A DNA stretch of 64,000 nucleotides from Vulcanimicrobiota bacterium (GTDB lineage Bacteria > Vulcanimicrobiota > Vulcanimicrobiia > Vulcanimicrobiales > Vulcanimicrobiaceae), in NCBI GenBank assembly GCA_963795855.1, contig CAWCIZ010000003.1, positions 96,001-160,000 of the forward strand, given 5' to 3'. The notes beneath the pieces were generated by a model that was not told the DNA's origin, did not search any database, and worked only from the letters and a program-made list of their open reading frames with translations. Positions 62,349 through 64,000 of the stretch are shown here, piece after piece. A program made the translations under genes and the position numbers. Each line of letters begins with the position of its first letter. Position 1 is the stretch's first letter.

Positions 62349-64000
62349 CTACGGCCAGGCGCCGCTCCGAGCCGCGGAAATGGCGCGTACGGACGGCAGC
62401 TCGCCGAACGCCTCGCGCGTCCGCTTGTCGGCCATCGCGCCGACTTGTACGTTTACGAGTTCCTGCGCGCGAGCGAGCGCGGCTGCCGCCTTGCTCTCAT
62501 TGCCTTGCTCGTGATAGACGCGTGCCGCCGCCCAGAAACAGTAGTGCGGCAAAACGGTGTTTTCGCCCGACGGGTCGGCGCGCTGCATGATATCGTCCGC
62601 CGTTCGCACCGCCGCCACGTCTCCGGCTTTCATCTGTGCCAATGCGAGATCGCCCAACTCTTCGAAGGTAGCCGAGTGGTTCAAGCGTTCGCGAATCGCG
62701 ATCGCCTCCTTCATGTGCGCGAGCGCTGCGTCCAACTCTCCCAATTCGCGTTCGGCGTTCCCCAGATTCGCGAGCGCGCCCGCCTCGATAACGGAGTTTG
62801 CGATCTCCCGCGAGGCGTGCAGGGCACCCAACCCGATCTCCTTGGCTTCTTCGGGGGCCAGCTGCAAAAGCCGCACCATGCTCAGGTTGGTCAGCGACGC
62901 TGCACGTCCGCGCATATCGTCGAACGCTTCAAATATTTCGAGTGCCTTGACCAGCGAGGACCTCGCGTCGTCCAGCAATCCCAGCTGGATCTGGCTTCCG
63001 GTTTGATTGAACAACAGATATGCGAGTTGAAGCCGGTTACCCAGAGCGCGATAAATGTTCGCGGTTGCTGCGAACTCTACCGCCGCCTCCTCGAAGCGCT
63101 GTTGGAACGAGAGCGCGGATGCAACGCGCGCGCTGGCTTCAGCCTCGCCTTCACGGTCGCCGATTTCGCGGTACCGGCGCTGAGCTTCGTGCGAGTCCGT
63201 AAGCGCGCGCGCAAAATCACGGCGCATGATCGCGACGCCGGCCGACGTCATCGCGACGCGAGCAATCAAGGATGGATCCGCCGCTGCTTTCCGCGCGGGC
63301 GCGCGCCTGCACCAGTTCTTCTTCCGCTTTGGAAGCTTCGCCGCGGTTGACTGCGATTTCCGAAAGTAAGCACAGCGCGTCAACTTCGCCGCCGGCGTCG
63401 TTGCACTGACGGTCGATCGCGACCGCGGCCTGCGCCGACGCGAATGCTTCAACATAGTGGCTGCGAAGCATTAAATTCCGCGCCGAGGCGCGATGACCGG
63501 CGGCTTGCCGCGCGAGATCGTTTGTCGCGAGCGCGCGTTGGGAGAAATACTCAAGGTAGCGCGCTTCGTCGCTAAGCTCTCCGACCGCGCGCGCCCACTG
63601 CGCCCGCCGCCACACGACGTCCATACGGCTGTCGTCGTCCCGCGCCAGCCGCTCGAGGCTCTCGATGTCCTCCCGTTGCGCGTCGCGATCGCCCAGGCGT
63701 CCCAGAATGCGCTCGCGCAAACCGAGCAAAGCGCGTCGCCGCTGGGGATCCGCGGCAAGTTCCAGACCGCGAGTCGCGCTTGCCAGCGCTTCTTGATTCG
63801 CGAAAATGGCAAAACTGCGCTGCGCGGAAACGAAATACTGCACGGCTGCTTTTTCACCGTCGCCCGCTTTGTCGTAATGATGCGCCAGCGTCCCGGCAAT
63901 GTCGCCCCGGTCGCTTGACAGGCGCGCGATCGTCGCGGCAACGCGGCGATGCCAATGCGCGCGCCGTGACGGCTCGATCTGATCGTAAATCGTCGATGCG
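62349..64000 (-). CDS. TPR-rich C-terminus of a large regulator (probably STAND/AAA-ATPase type); partial, frameshift at about 63279
   Basis: AGTLAHHYDKAGD and repeated GDREGEAEA / ALANLGNAERELG motifs; the 5' end lies outside the window. Confidence 0.75.

Noticed and set aside
1..64000. CRISPR array, rRNA, IS transposase or prophage structural genes
   Set aside because: No spaced repeats, rRNA signatures or such protein motifs were found by eye.

Overview
This is a GC-rich bacterial chromosomal segment of mostly core and housekeeping genes. These include gyrA, trxA, selA, selB, add, clpB, typA, tsaE-tsaB-rimI-yqeK-rsfS, leuS, comEA, comEC, ada, galM and cysH, interspersed with secreted hydrolases, peptide-binding proteins and regulators. 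Gene style suggests a soil Terrabacteria lineage such as Ca. Eremiobacterota, but that is unverified inference. A tRNA-Sec gene (selC, 17848-17941) is flanked by a decayed tyrosine integrase and a 5'-truncated GNAT gene, which looks like the scar of an integrated element. Many genes, including essential ones, are split by single-base indels that look like long-read consensus errors. The most striking pattern is that 10 of the 15 such indels I could localise outside the integrase relic sit in or directly beside an AGCT tetramer. The window also encodes an orphan beta-class amino-methyltransferase with an extra C-terminal HTH-like domain. I hypothesise that the errors are the footprint of genome-wide AGCT modification by that enzyme. 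Other notable items are a catalytically degenerate class III cyclase upstream of an ECF sigma/anti-sigma pair, an EXORDIUM/Phi-1-like protein coupled to clpB, a Com-like zinc-ribbon protein, and a secreted protein with a duplicated unknown domain. No CRISPR array or rRNA was seen.
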